Source: Octopus sinensis
Taxonomy: Eukaryota
DNA: 29,176 bases
Direction: 5' to 3'
Assembly (NCBI RefSeq): GCF_006345805.1
Contig: NW_021833181.1
Location: forward strand, 1-29,176
Below, piece by piece: positions 9,944-20,002 of the stretch. Every line of letters begins with the position of its first letter. The stretch's first letter is position 1. The notes under the pieces are model-generated. The model ran no database searches, had not been told where the DNA came from, and worked only from the letters and a program-made list of their open reading frames with translations. The translations under genes were made by a program, and so were the position numbers.

Positions 9944-11231
9944 TTGGGTTGTCCGGAAAGTTCGTGTCGATTTTTAAAGAACAGAAAAATGTCAATAAAT
10001 ACTTGCCATTACATACATTTTTAATCAACCAAAAATGAACCATTTTGTTACACAATGCGTCTCCATCTTTCCTTTAACTTGAAAATACCCTCTTCCCAGA
10101 AATGAGGTGGTTTTATGGCAAAGAATTCATCAAGGTATCTTTTTACGTCATCCAAGATATTGAAATTTTTACCATTATGACTATTCTGCAGAGACCTGAA
10201 TAAGTGGAAATCCGAAGGAACAATATCTGGTGAACATAGAGGGTGTGATAACACATTCCAGCCGAGCAGCAGCAATTTTTGTCTGGATCCCAAAGAAACG
10301 TGCGGTCTTGCATTATCATGTTGGAAAACAACATTCTTCCGGTTAGCCAATTCTGGACGTTTCTCTTGAATTGCTGCTTTTAACTCGTCCAGTTGTGTGC
10401 AGTATTTCTCAGAATTAATTGTCTGGTTACTTGGGAAAAGCTCATAGTACAGAATTCCTTTCCAATCCCACCAGACAGAAAGCAAGACTTTTTTAGGATG
10501 AAGAACCGCTTTTGGGGTGGTTAAGGGTGGCTCATGTCGCTTACTCCAGGATCGCTTTCTCTGAACATTTCGGTAGATAATCCATTTCTCATCACCTGTC
10601 ACAATTTGCTTTAAAAAAGGTGCGTTTTCATTCCGCTTATAAAACGAATCACAGATGGAAATGCGATCCAAAAGGTTCTTCTCACTCATCTCATGTGGTA
10701 CCCAAACATCGTAGCGCTTTATGTACCCAAGCTTTACCAGGTGCTCATGAACGACGGATTTTGATAGGTTGAGGCTTTCTGCCAATTCTTGGGTTGTGAA
10801 ATGTGGGTTATTCTCAATTAATGACTTGATTTGGTCATCATCTGTAGTGGATGGTCTGTCTGGTCGCTCTTTATCAATAAGGCTACATCCTCCAGCTCGG
10901 AACCTTGCAAACCACTTCCGTAAAGTTCTTTCGGATAAAGAAACATCACCGTAAACTGTGCATATTTCTTTGGTTGCTTGTGAGGCATTTTTCCCTTTAC
11001 GGAAAAAGAAAAGCATCAAGTGCCGAAAATGAACTTTCTTATCTTCTATTTTAAATGGTTACAGAATTAACATAGGTTGTAGGAGCATAAACCTTCTTCC
11101 ACGAAAAGATAGCTTAAACTGTGCTCTAAATGGAGGTGGAGTCAAATCCTATTTTATGAACTCAACCATGTTCTAAAATAAGTCGAAAGGTAAGCTACTA
11201 TAAACCGGCACGAACTTTCCGGACAACCCAA
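9944..11231 (-). mobile_element. Full-length mariner element, 1288 bp (mellifera-subfamily-like)
   Basis: TIRs TTGGGTTGTCCGGAAAGTTCGTG(T/C)CG at both ends and a TA TSD at 9942-9943 and 11232-11233. Confidence 0.96.
10021..11049 (-). pseudogene. Mariner D,D34D transposase, frameshift-free but start ATG>ATA and premature TAA
   Basis: WVPHEM, IVTGDEKW, HDNARPH and CSPDIVPSDFHLF, with exactly 34 residues between the second and third Asp. In-frame ATA at 11047-11049 (IEDKKVHFRH...), early TAA at 10048-10050 followed by QNGSFLVD and TAA at 10021-10023. The ancestral ORF would be 342 aa; a 322-aa product from the ATG at 11016 remains possible. Confidence 0.93.
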
Positions 11232-11474
11232 TAAAACACCAGACTTAAATGGATGACTCCCAAGCTATATACAAAAAACGGGTAAGACTTGGATCCTTGG
11301 ATCCAAGCAGTGAGATTATTCGATAAAAATACTGAAATGCAATTTGGGATACATAATTATGCAATGCTAATTATACAGAAAGTCCGGAAGATAAACTTTG
11401 TCATAAAATTAGCACAAAACATTAGATCGCTGTGGAATAATGAAGGAAACGAATACCTAGGAATTGTGCAAAAT

Positions 11475-11903
11475 CTTTTCTACTCTAGGCACGAGGTCCG
11501 AAATTTTGGGGGAGGGGGAGTCGATTAGATCGACCCCAGGACGTAACTGGTACTTAATTCATCGGTCCCGAAAGGATGAAACGCAAAGTCGCCCTCGGCG
11601 GAATTTGAACTCAGAACGTAAAGACAGACGAAATACCGCTAAGCATTTCGCCCGGCGTGCTAATGTTTCTTATTTATTTATTGCCTACATGAGGCTAAAC
11701 ATAGACGGGACAAACAAGGACAGACAAACGGATTAAGTTGATTATATCGACCCCAGTGCGTAACAGGTACTTATTTAATCGAACCCGAAAGGATGAAAGG
11801 CAAAGTCGACCTCGGCAGAATTTGAACTCAGAACGTAGCAGCAGATGAAATGCCGCTAAGCATTTCGCCCGGCGTGCTAACGATTCTGCCAGCTCGCCAC
11901 CTT
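11475..11903 (-). mobile_element. SINE family C, compound long plus short unit
   Basis: Long unit 11903-11671 is joined to a short unit that resumes at AGAAAC-ATTAGCACG. AAAAT occurs at both flanks (11470-11474, 11904-11908), and excision restores the LINE frame VQNNRIMD. Confidence 0.88.
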
Positions 11904-12169
11904 AAAATAATAGGATAATGGATGGAGAAACGAAAGAGAAAATCACTAAAGAGTTCAAGAGGAGAATAAGGAATTAGGAATTAGGAAACAAAATTAAATG
12001 AAGAGAATATCATTTAAGCAATAAATACATGGCTTATGCCCCAATATTGAGACTTTCTGATCCCTTCCTAAAATAAACAGAAACCGAGCTACAGAACTTG
12101 AACGCAACTGGAAAACTGCTCACAAAGATTTCGGGAGACTAACTGCTACCAAACCTCAAGATAACATTC

Positions 12170-12330
12170 CAAGCTTCATGATGATGATGATGATGATGAT
12201 GATGACGACGACGATGTACCCAATGATTATGATGAGGAGGAGGAAGAGGAAGATGAGGAAAGGGGATGACGATGACAACAACGACGATGATGATGTTGAT
12301 GATAATAATAACAACAACAATAACAATTCC
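12170..12330. repeat. (GAT)n/(GAC)n/(GAG)n/(AAC)n compound repeat
   Basis: Directly visible. Confidence 0.9.
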
Positions 12331-12408
12331 ACTTAACTTAATTAGAACACATAACTGTTCCGTTATAATCAAAACATTTGCCGGCCCTCGCACACACACA
12401 CACACTCA

Positions 12409-12458
<50 letters not shown>

Positions 12459-12664
12459 TACACATACATAAGTATATATATAACTGGGTACATACTTACC
12501 TATAAAGCATTTGCACGCAGATACTATAGGCGAATCATAAGCATATACATGCATAAATACACACGCACATACACAAATATGTATGTAGGTGTATGTAATA
12601 TGTATGATGCATGTGTATGTGTGTGCGTACACACACACACATCCCTCTCTCTCTCTTTCTCTCT

Positions 12665-12801
12665 TTGCTTACCAGCCACACGGTTCTGAGTTCAGTTCCA
12701 CTGCGTGACACCTTGGGCAAGTGTCTTCTACTATAGCCTCGGGCCGATCAAAGCCTTGTGAGTGGATTTGGTAGACGGAAACTGAAAGATGCCTGTCGTA
12801 T

Positions 12802-12850
<49 letters not shown>

Positions 12851-13057
12851 TGTCTGTCTGTATTGTCCCCCACCCATCGCTTGACAACCGATGTGTTTAC
12901 GTCTCCGTAACTTAGCATGTCGGCGAAACAGACTGATAGCATATAAGTACCAGGTTTACAAAGAATAAGTCCTGGGGTCGATTTGTTCGACTTAAGGCGG
13001 TGCTCCAGCATGGCCGCAGTCAAATGACTGAAACAAATAAAAGAATAAAAGAATAAA
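12665..13057 (+). mobile_element. SINE family B, slightly 5'-truncated, internal (TG)n
   Basis: CACTGCGTGACACCTTGGGCAAGTGTCTTCTACTATAGCCTCGGGCC...GGTAGACGGAAACTGAAAGA, a (TG)n tract, and a tail ending AAATGACTGAAACAAATAAAAGAATAAAAGAATAAA. Confidence 0.88.
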
Positions 13058-13074
13058 TTTATATATATATATTT

Positions 13075-13105
<31 letters not shown>

Positions 13106-13542
13106 CTAGCAGCATAGCCCGGCGTTGCCCGGGTATGTAAGAGCCCCTAGTAGGCAACAACTAATCCCAATCTAGTCCTTTCCCTCTAGGGAACGAAGGC
13201 GCATGTGTAGGTTGCAATGTCTTCTCTTCACTCGAATACTTCTGTGTATACGATGTTCCTAGCTGTCCCTTTGGGCGATAAAAAGGTCGAGTTGTGTCCC
13301 CTAGACAGAAAATGTGTTGCATATAAAAAGCTTAGATTCTCGACCCCATGTCGAATTTATCGATTTTTTCAGAACTGGGGGAACTTTTCAAAATTTTCAC
13401 TTCGTTAGTTTAGAATTATGACATTGAGCTATGTGTGTGTCAAGTTTCATCAGAATCGGTTGAAAGCCGTGGTCAGGGTGAGGGTACAACCTGACAGACA
13501 CACAGACACACAGACAGACAAACTGCCGTTTATATAGAGAGA
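13106..13542 (-). mobile_element. Non-autonomous Helitron, 437 bp
   Basis: On the minus strand: 5' A|TC start at 13542, a 3' hairpin CCCGG-GCAACG-CCGGG (13118-13133), 8 nt, then CTAG|T at 13106-13109. No TSD. Confidence 0.82.
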
Positions 13543-13557
13543 TATATATATATTTAT

Positions 13558-13588
<31 letters not shown>

Positions 13589-13914
13589 GACAGACAGAGA
13601 CAGACAGAGACAGACAGAGAGAAAGAGATAGAGATATGTAGACAACCATTCAGGCAGGCAGGCAAGCAGGCAGACAGATAGATAAACATTATACACAGTC
13701 ATATCTGTATCTATATAGATGTGTATGTACGTGTGTGCGTATATGTATGTGTGTGTGTGTGTGTGTGTACTTCGTTTATGCCCCATATGTTACGCAAGCA
13801 TCTACGCATTCAACCAGTAAATGCAACGCCTACACACTGTTTCTTTAAGTTTCCTTTCGATGTGACCTGCCACGCTGACAAGTACCCGTGTACCATGTAG
13901 ATGCGTGTTCATAT

Positions 13915-13928
13915 GCATATATATATAT

Positions 13929-13980
<52 letters not shown>

Positions 13981-14054
13981 ATATATGTATATATATATGT
14001 AGGTATATTATATACATACATATGTATACACCACATACAGACATATATATATAC

Positions 14055-14109
<55 letters not shown>

Positions 14110-14115
14110 ATATAT

Positions 14116-14146
<31 letters not shown>

Positions 14147-14161
14147 TACATATATACATAT

Positions 14162-14240
<79 letters not shown>
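13915..14240. repeat. (TA)n/(TACA)n microsatellite
   Basis: Directly visible. Confidence 0.96.
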
Positions 14241-14243
<3 letters not shown>

Positions 14244-14764
14244 TGCAGGCGGCTATGAGTACATATGTGTGTGTGTGTGTGAGTGTGTGTGTGTATGCAT
14301 AGCAATTGCGAATTCTTTCCTCATCGTCAACACACACACACACACACACAGGCACACACAGGGGCACACACACACACACAGAGGCACACACAGGCACACA
14401 CACACACACACTGGTCCGCTAGCACGAATTCATATCCAATCTAAATACAGAAGGAGGCTTTTGAGAACAATTACTCGGAATTTAAGATTTGTTACTGAGC
14501 TTTTCCGTGAGAAATAGCTTCAATCTGTTCGCTCTTACGCTCTGATTCCCAAACTGGCATTGAAAATGGACGAATAAGCGTCTTTATTGATGTAATTTTT
14601 GTAGTTGTTGTAGTTGCTGTTGTTATTGTTGTAGATCGCTATGTTTGATGTTGTTATTTCAATCTCTGATGTTCTCGAGAGAACCCAAGTCCTATTAATT
14701 TGTTGAAAGGCTTCTTTAGTTTTCCAACACCCCACCCACCCACACACACATATACACACACACA

Positions 14765-14766
14765 TA

Positions 14767-14801
<35 letters not shown>

Positions 14802-15018
14802 CCTATTTATCTATCTTTCTCTATCTATTTTTATCTGTATGTATCCCTTACTCTCTCTCTCTCTCTCCCTCTGTCCATTCTCTTTCTCTGTCCATTCTCT
14901 CTCTATCTACTCTCTCTCTCTGTCCACTCTCTCTCTCTCGTAGTCTTTCAACCTCTTTCTCTTTTCCTCACCCTCAGTCTTTCTCCCTCTCTTTCTAGCT
15001 CTCTCTCTCTCTCTTACC

Positions 15019-15084
<66 letters not shown>

Positions 15085-15170
15085 GTCTGTCTTTCTCTAT
15101 ATCTTTATTTTTATCTGTATGTATCTCTTACTCTCTCCCCCTCTTTATTTCTCTATTTCTCACTCTCTCA
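14765..15170. repeat. (CT)n and (ATCT)n pyrimidine-rich tract
   Basis: Directly visible. Confidence 0.93.
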
Positions 15171-15291
15171 CACACACCCACATACATACACACTCACACA
15201 CACACACACGCACACGTGTGTCGTAAATGTAAAGAAAATCCGACTTCCAGCAGATATAATGATGCGGCAACAGATTACATAGAGCAAGCGT

Positions 15292-15660
15292 CTTACCACT
15301 ACAACGACCACCACGACCACAACCACCACCGCCACCACTACCACCACAATGACCACAACCACTACCATCACCACCACAACCACCACCACCACAACCACCA
15401 CTACCACCACCACAACAACTACTAACACCACCACCACTACCACCACTACCACAACTACAGCTACCACAACTACCACCACCACTAGAACCACTACAACAAT
15501 AACCATAACCATCACCACCACTATCATCAGCACCACAACAACCACCACCACAACCACCGCCATCACTACCATCACCACCACTACCACCACCACCACAACC
15601 AACACCACCACAACCACAACCAACACCACCACCACTGCCATCACTACTATCATCATCATT
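15292..15660. repeat. Degenerate (ACC/ACA/ACT)n trinucleotide array
   Basis: Directly visible. It produces the poly-Thr, poly-His and poly-Val ORFs. Confidence 0.93.
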
Positions 15661-15830
15661 GCCTCAGCGTACCCCCGCCTCTTCGACCTCGCTGAGGCCT
15701 TGCTTCGTGGAACTTATCACCAATGCCATCAACAGACGAGATAAGATTGTCCCCCGCTGCCACCGCCGCTGCCACCGCCGCCGCCCCCGCGCTCTGTTTC
15801 TCCTGCAACATTTCGCTTTCAGAAGAATAT

Positions 15831-16290
15831 TTTATTTCTTTACTACACACACAAGGGGCTAAACACAGAGGAGACAAGCAGGGACAGACAAAGGGATTAA
15901 GTCGATTACATCGACCCCACTGCGCAATTGGTACTTAATTTATCGATCCCGAAAGGATGAAAGGCAACGTCGACCTCGGCGGAATTTGAACTCGAAACGT
16001 AACCATTACTGCTACAGGCACAAGGCCTGAAATTTTGGTGGAAGTCGATCGCATCGACCCCAGTACTCAACTGGTTCTTAATTTATCGACCTGGAAAGGA
16101 TGAAAGGTAAAGTCGACCTCGGCGGAACTTGAACTCAGAACGCAGCGGCAGACGAAACACCGCTAAACATTTCACCTGACGTGTGCTAACGATTCTGCCA
16201 GCTCGCCGCCTTGAACTCGGAACGTAACGACAGACGAAATACGGCTACGCATTTCGCCCGGCGTGCTAACGTTTCTGCCAGCTCGCCGCC
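15831..16290 (-). mobile_element. SINE family C long unit with a short unit nested in its head
   Basis: Outer TSD TTCGCTTTCAGAAGAATAT (15812-15830, 16291-16309). The inner unit at about 16005-16212 is flanked by GTTACGTT(C/T)CGAGTTC on the minus strand. Confidence 0.9.
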
Positions 16291-16334
16291 TTCGCTTTCA
16301 GAAGAATATCCATACACATACCATTCTTGATTGC

Positions 16335-16718
16335 TTCTTACTTGTTTCAGTCATTTTGACTGTGGTCATGCTGGAGCATTATCTTTTCGTCGAAGAAATC
16401 GGCACCAGGACTTATTCCTTGTAAGCCTGGTACTTATTCTATCGGTCTCTGTTGCCGAACCGCTAAGTGACGGGGACGTAAACGCGCCAACATCGGTTGG
16501 GAAGTGATGGTGGGGGGACGCAAAAACGCACACATAAATATATATATATATATGACGGGCTTCTTTCAGTTTCCGTCTACCAAATCCACTCACAAAGTTT
16601 TGGTCAGCCTGAGGCTATAGTAGAAGACACTTGCCCAAGTTGCCACGCAGTGGGACTGAACCCCAAACCATGTGGTTGGTAAGCAATCTACTTATCACAC
16701 AGCCACTCCTGCGCCTAC
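16335..16718 (-). mobile_element. SINE family B, near full length
   Basis: Reverse complement reads GCGCAGGAGTGGCTGTGTGATAAGTAG...GGTTCAGTCCCACTGCGTGGCAACTTGGGCAAG through the tail to AATGACTGAAACAAGTAAG. Confidence 0.88.
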
Positions 16719-16812
16719 TTGTGTGTACGTGTGTGTGTGTGTGTGCGCGCATGTATACGTATGTATAGGCACACATAGAATGGCATTATTGATGTTGTTG
16801 TAGTTGTTGGTA

Positions 16813-16996
16813 GGGCGACGAGCTAACACAATTGTTAGCACGCCGGACAAAATGCCTAGCGTTATTTCTTCTGGCTTTGTGTTCTGAATTCAAATTCCAT
16901 CAAGATCGACTTTGCCCTTCATCCTTTCAGGGTCGATAAAATAAAGTACAAGCAGATAACCTAAATTGCTGGCCTTGTGCCAAATTTCGAAACCAC
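16813..16996 (+). mobile_element. SINE family C, diverged monomer with (ATT)n tail
   Basis: GGGCGACGAGCTAACACAATTGTTAGCACGCCGG...GTCGATAAAATAAAGTAC...GGCCTTGTGCC followed by (ATT)n. Confidence 0.75.
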
Positions 16997-17056
<60 letters not shown>

Positions 17057-17062
17057 CATTAT

Positions 17063-17536
17063 TTAGTAGTTTTATTTTTATAGCGTGCTTTCACTTCACT
17101 ACCGAGCGCAGCTCTGTGTGCCTTGGGTTGTGCTGTGATTTGTTGTGATGCTCTGATGGTTATTGTATGGAAAGTGTTCTGCGTAGTATGTGTGCAGTGC
17201 CTAGTAGTGCAATTTTCTGTATGTTATATGTGTTTGTAAGTCCTGGTGTTTTTGTTATGTATTTTTGTCTGAATATTTTTTATCATGCCTAATGTACCTA
17301 CTATGATAGGTTTTTAGATTCCACATTCTGGTTACCTCTATTTCCAGGTCTTTGTATTTTGAAAGTTTCTCCATTTCTTTTAGAGACACGTTGTCATCTG
17401 CAGGTATTGATACATCAATTAGAAAGCATTTTTTTTCTTCATGATCTCTGACAACTATATCTGGTCTGTTGGCCTTAATTTCTCTATCTGTGTGTTACGG
17501 CATATCCCAGAGTATGGTTGCTTTCTCGTTTTCTGT
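17063..17536 (-). pseudogene. 5'-truncated R4/Dong-type LINE 3' end (RLE domain plus 3' UTR)
   Basis: Minus strand reads TENEKATILWDMP*HTDREIKANRPDIVVRDHEEKKCFLIDVSIPADDNVSLKEMEKLSKYKDLEIEVTRMWNLK...IQKIALLGTAHILRRTLSIQ* (stop at 17160-17162), a PD-(D/E)xK restriction-like endonuclease. TAA repeats lie on both sides (16997-17062, 17537-17554). Confidence 0.9.
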
Positions 17537-17553
17537 ATTATTATTATTATTAT

Positions 17554-17609
<56 letters not shown>

Positions 17610-17945
17610 TTTGTTTGACTCAGGCTTGGTCTTATTCCTGCTAGGATTTATGTGGGTAACCTTAGATGTCCACAAGTTTTCAGCAGTCTTTCAAGTGCTT
17701 AGAGTCCTCCTAATAATCCTAGCTTTACAGGGCATACCATTCCAATTTCCATCAGCCATTTGTCTATATCTTTGCTTACTGTTCCCAACAAAACAATCAT
17801 CTTAGACACCACGATCTTAACAGTTCTCACGTGCCTAATTCTTCCTATTTCAAATTTAAGGGATTGTATGTTTTGTTATGAATCAGTATAGTTTTTCTTT
17901 CTCATTTAAGGTTATGTCTGGATTCCTATTCTCTATCTCATTGTC
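17610..17945 (-). pseudogene. Second, more decayed R4/Dong-type RLE fragment with (TAC)n/(TAA)n tail
   Basis: DNEIENRNPDITLNEKEKLY*FI, then SLKFEIGRIRHVRTVKIVV..LLGTVSKDIDKWLMEIGMVCPVKL..LLG. The tail repeat is at 17537-17609. Confidence 0.68.
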
Positions 17946-19436
17946 GGCTCTTCCTTCCCGTTTCAAGGAAGGAGGCGCGACAACATTCACGATAGATTCG
18001 GTTAATAAACCGACTCGTCCCACACTGCGATAGCAGTCGTTCGACATGGGCCCACAAGTCAGAAATGGTTGGATATTGTAAGAGTGCGTGTAGAACGGTT
18101 TCGTCGCTCTGACCACATCTCGGGCAGGTCGGCTCCGTGTTTCTTGAGCCATGTCTGTAGAGCTTATCCCGAACGGGTAGCGCTTCTCGATAGCACTGCC
18201 AGCCCCAGGATCTCTGGAAGTTGTCCATAGGTACCGGCCCGAAAGTTGTCTTGAACAGGCGGGGCAGGTATTCCTCGTCGATGCCCAGGTTCGCTCCGAG
18301 ATCGTCGTCGCACCTCTCCTCCACTAATCCCCTATAGAATGCTTGGGTTGTGTTGAAGTCGCTCATGGTCGACCCGGGTCGGCTTAGTCGCTTGAGAGCA
18401 ACGCGACACTCGCGGTGCCATTCGCCCTTCCTCGGCCTCTTTTTGATCCACGACTGCAGTTCGGTCATGGAGACGAGCTGCGGGAAATCGCGCCTCACAA
18501 ACGGCGACTACACCTGGTGTAGCAGTCTCAGCGCGTGTCTGCGCATCATCAACCACAGCATGCGCAGCCCTCCTTTTAACGGGTGTTGGCAGCAAACGGA
18601 TCGCCTGACCATCGGAGCGCATCCTTTCCACAAGGAGCGGAAGAGAATGCGTTCTAGTTTGGTGATGGTAGGGTCGACAAGGCACAACGGTCAGGCGGTG
18701 GTAGATGACGGAAGCGATGTGCGTGATCGCCACTTCCACCCGATCTTTTAGGGACAGCTTCCTCTCGGGCAATTGGTGGGCGAGAGTGACCACCCTACTC
18801 GTTATCTCGTTCCAGTTCTTTTCCGTTTGGAGGTCCGGACCAAACCAGACACCGAGCAACTCGACCGGGCCGTCGGTCCAGCGTCCCGCGACGGATGCTC
18901 TGGTGGACGGCATGGGCTTGCTTCTCCAGGTGCCGAGCCGCAAGCCCACTGACATTTCCCGATTGATTTTCGTTCCTGTTACCGCTTCGTAATCTTTCAG
19001 TGTTTCGCCGACCTACTCGATGTGCTTCTGGCTAGATACTATGCCGGTGACGTCGTCCGCGTATGCAGACACGCTCGTCCCGCATCCCAATTTTCGCGGG
19101 ATGCTCCTCGGCGTCGCCAGCTTTCGCAGTAGTGGCTCGAGAATCAATATGTATAGAAGCGACGAGAGGGGGCATCCTTGACGGACCGAACGTGCAATGT
19201 CTCGATAGATTTCCATTTACGCGAATTACCGAACGGATGCCTCTGTACAAAGCAGCTATCCAGCCGCGGAAGACGAGACTGAAGCCAGCCGCTCTGAGGA
19301 CAGCCTCCAAGTATCTATGGTCTACCCTACCGAGAGCTTTGGATTGATCCAAATTGATCAGGGCCCCACCCATGCCAGGTTCCTTAACTACCCTGTCTAT
19401 GATGTAGCGCATCGGATGGAGGTTGTCATGGATACA
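17946..19436 (-). pseudogene. L1/Tx1-clade LINE ORF2 fragment (RT, thumb and CCHC zinc knuckle), several frameshifts
   Basis: SIHDNLHPMRYII, LDQSKALGRVDHRYL, SVRQGCPLSSLLYIL, YADD (19052-19063), LLGVWFG and CPRCGQSDETVLHALLQY (C-X2-C-X8-H-X4-C with the last C>Y). Visibly GC-richer than the flanks. Confidence 0.92.
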
Positions 19437-19522
19437 TACTTATATACATCCATCCATCCATACATACATACATACACACATAAATACATACATCCACGAG
19501 CACACACCCATATACACATACG

Positions 19523-19558
<36 letters not shown>

Positions 19559-19741
19559 CATACATACATACATACATACATACATACCATACATACATAC
19601 ATACATACATACATGCATGCATACATGCATACATGCATACATACATGCATGCATGCATACATGCATACATACATACATACATACATACATTCATACATAC
19701 ATACATACATACATGCATACATACATACATACATACATACA

Positions 19742-19777
<36 letters not shown>

Positions 19778-19845
19778 CATACATACATACATACATACAT
19801 ACATACATACATACATACATACATACATACATACATACATACATA
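19437..19845. repeat. (ATAC)n/(ATAG)n/(ATGC)n tetranucleotide array
   Basis: Directly visible. Confidence 0.96.
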
Positions 19846-20002
19846 GGCAATCTTTATATCCAACTTAACGTGGATGTTTTGTTAGATCATCAAATCCTCC
19901 ATTTATTTACCTGGAGAGGTCTTCTCAGGTGGATGATTGATGCTTAAAAGCGCCACGGCGTTCTAACAAAACATCCATTTTAAGATGGATATGAAGATTG
20001 CC
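19846..20002. mobile_element. MITE-like element, 157 bp, 41-bp inverted repeats
   Basis: 19846-19886 versus the reverse complement of 19962-20002 is 37/41 identical. Confidence 0.65.

Larger units (their letters stand above)
9545..12150 (+). pseudogene. Decayed R4/Dong-type (RLE-class) LINE reverse transcriptase, split by a mariner and a SINE pair
   Basis: Own sequence lies at about 9545-9943, 11232-11474 and 11904-12150. Ordered remnants: CLP (9558), YECL*QNQ..GYR, KIQ, PLPFFIIAIIPL, MDD (11249-11257), KLYTKN..IQAVRLF..MQFGI..YLGIVQ|NNRIMDGETKEKITKEFKRR, ETKLN..AINTW. The left part is weak; 11240-12150 is clear. Confidence 0.72.

Noticed and set aside
8433-11231. Fanzor/TnpB-type cargo in the mariner elements
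   Set aside because: Both elements are fully accounted for by TIRs and transposase sequence, with no additional ORF or RuvC-like motifs seen.
13790-13915. Unique island as a coding exon
   Set aside because: Plausible acceptors exist on both strands, but there is no convincing donor and no recognisable peptide.
14412-14720. Unique segment as a coding exon
   Set aside because: All six frames either stop quickly or run through a (CAA)-like repeat, and no consistent splice pair was found.
15349-15744. Mucin-like Thr-rich ORF
   Set aside because: It lies in a degenerate ACN repeat that is open in several frames on both strands, with no signal peptide or splice support.
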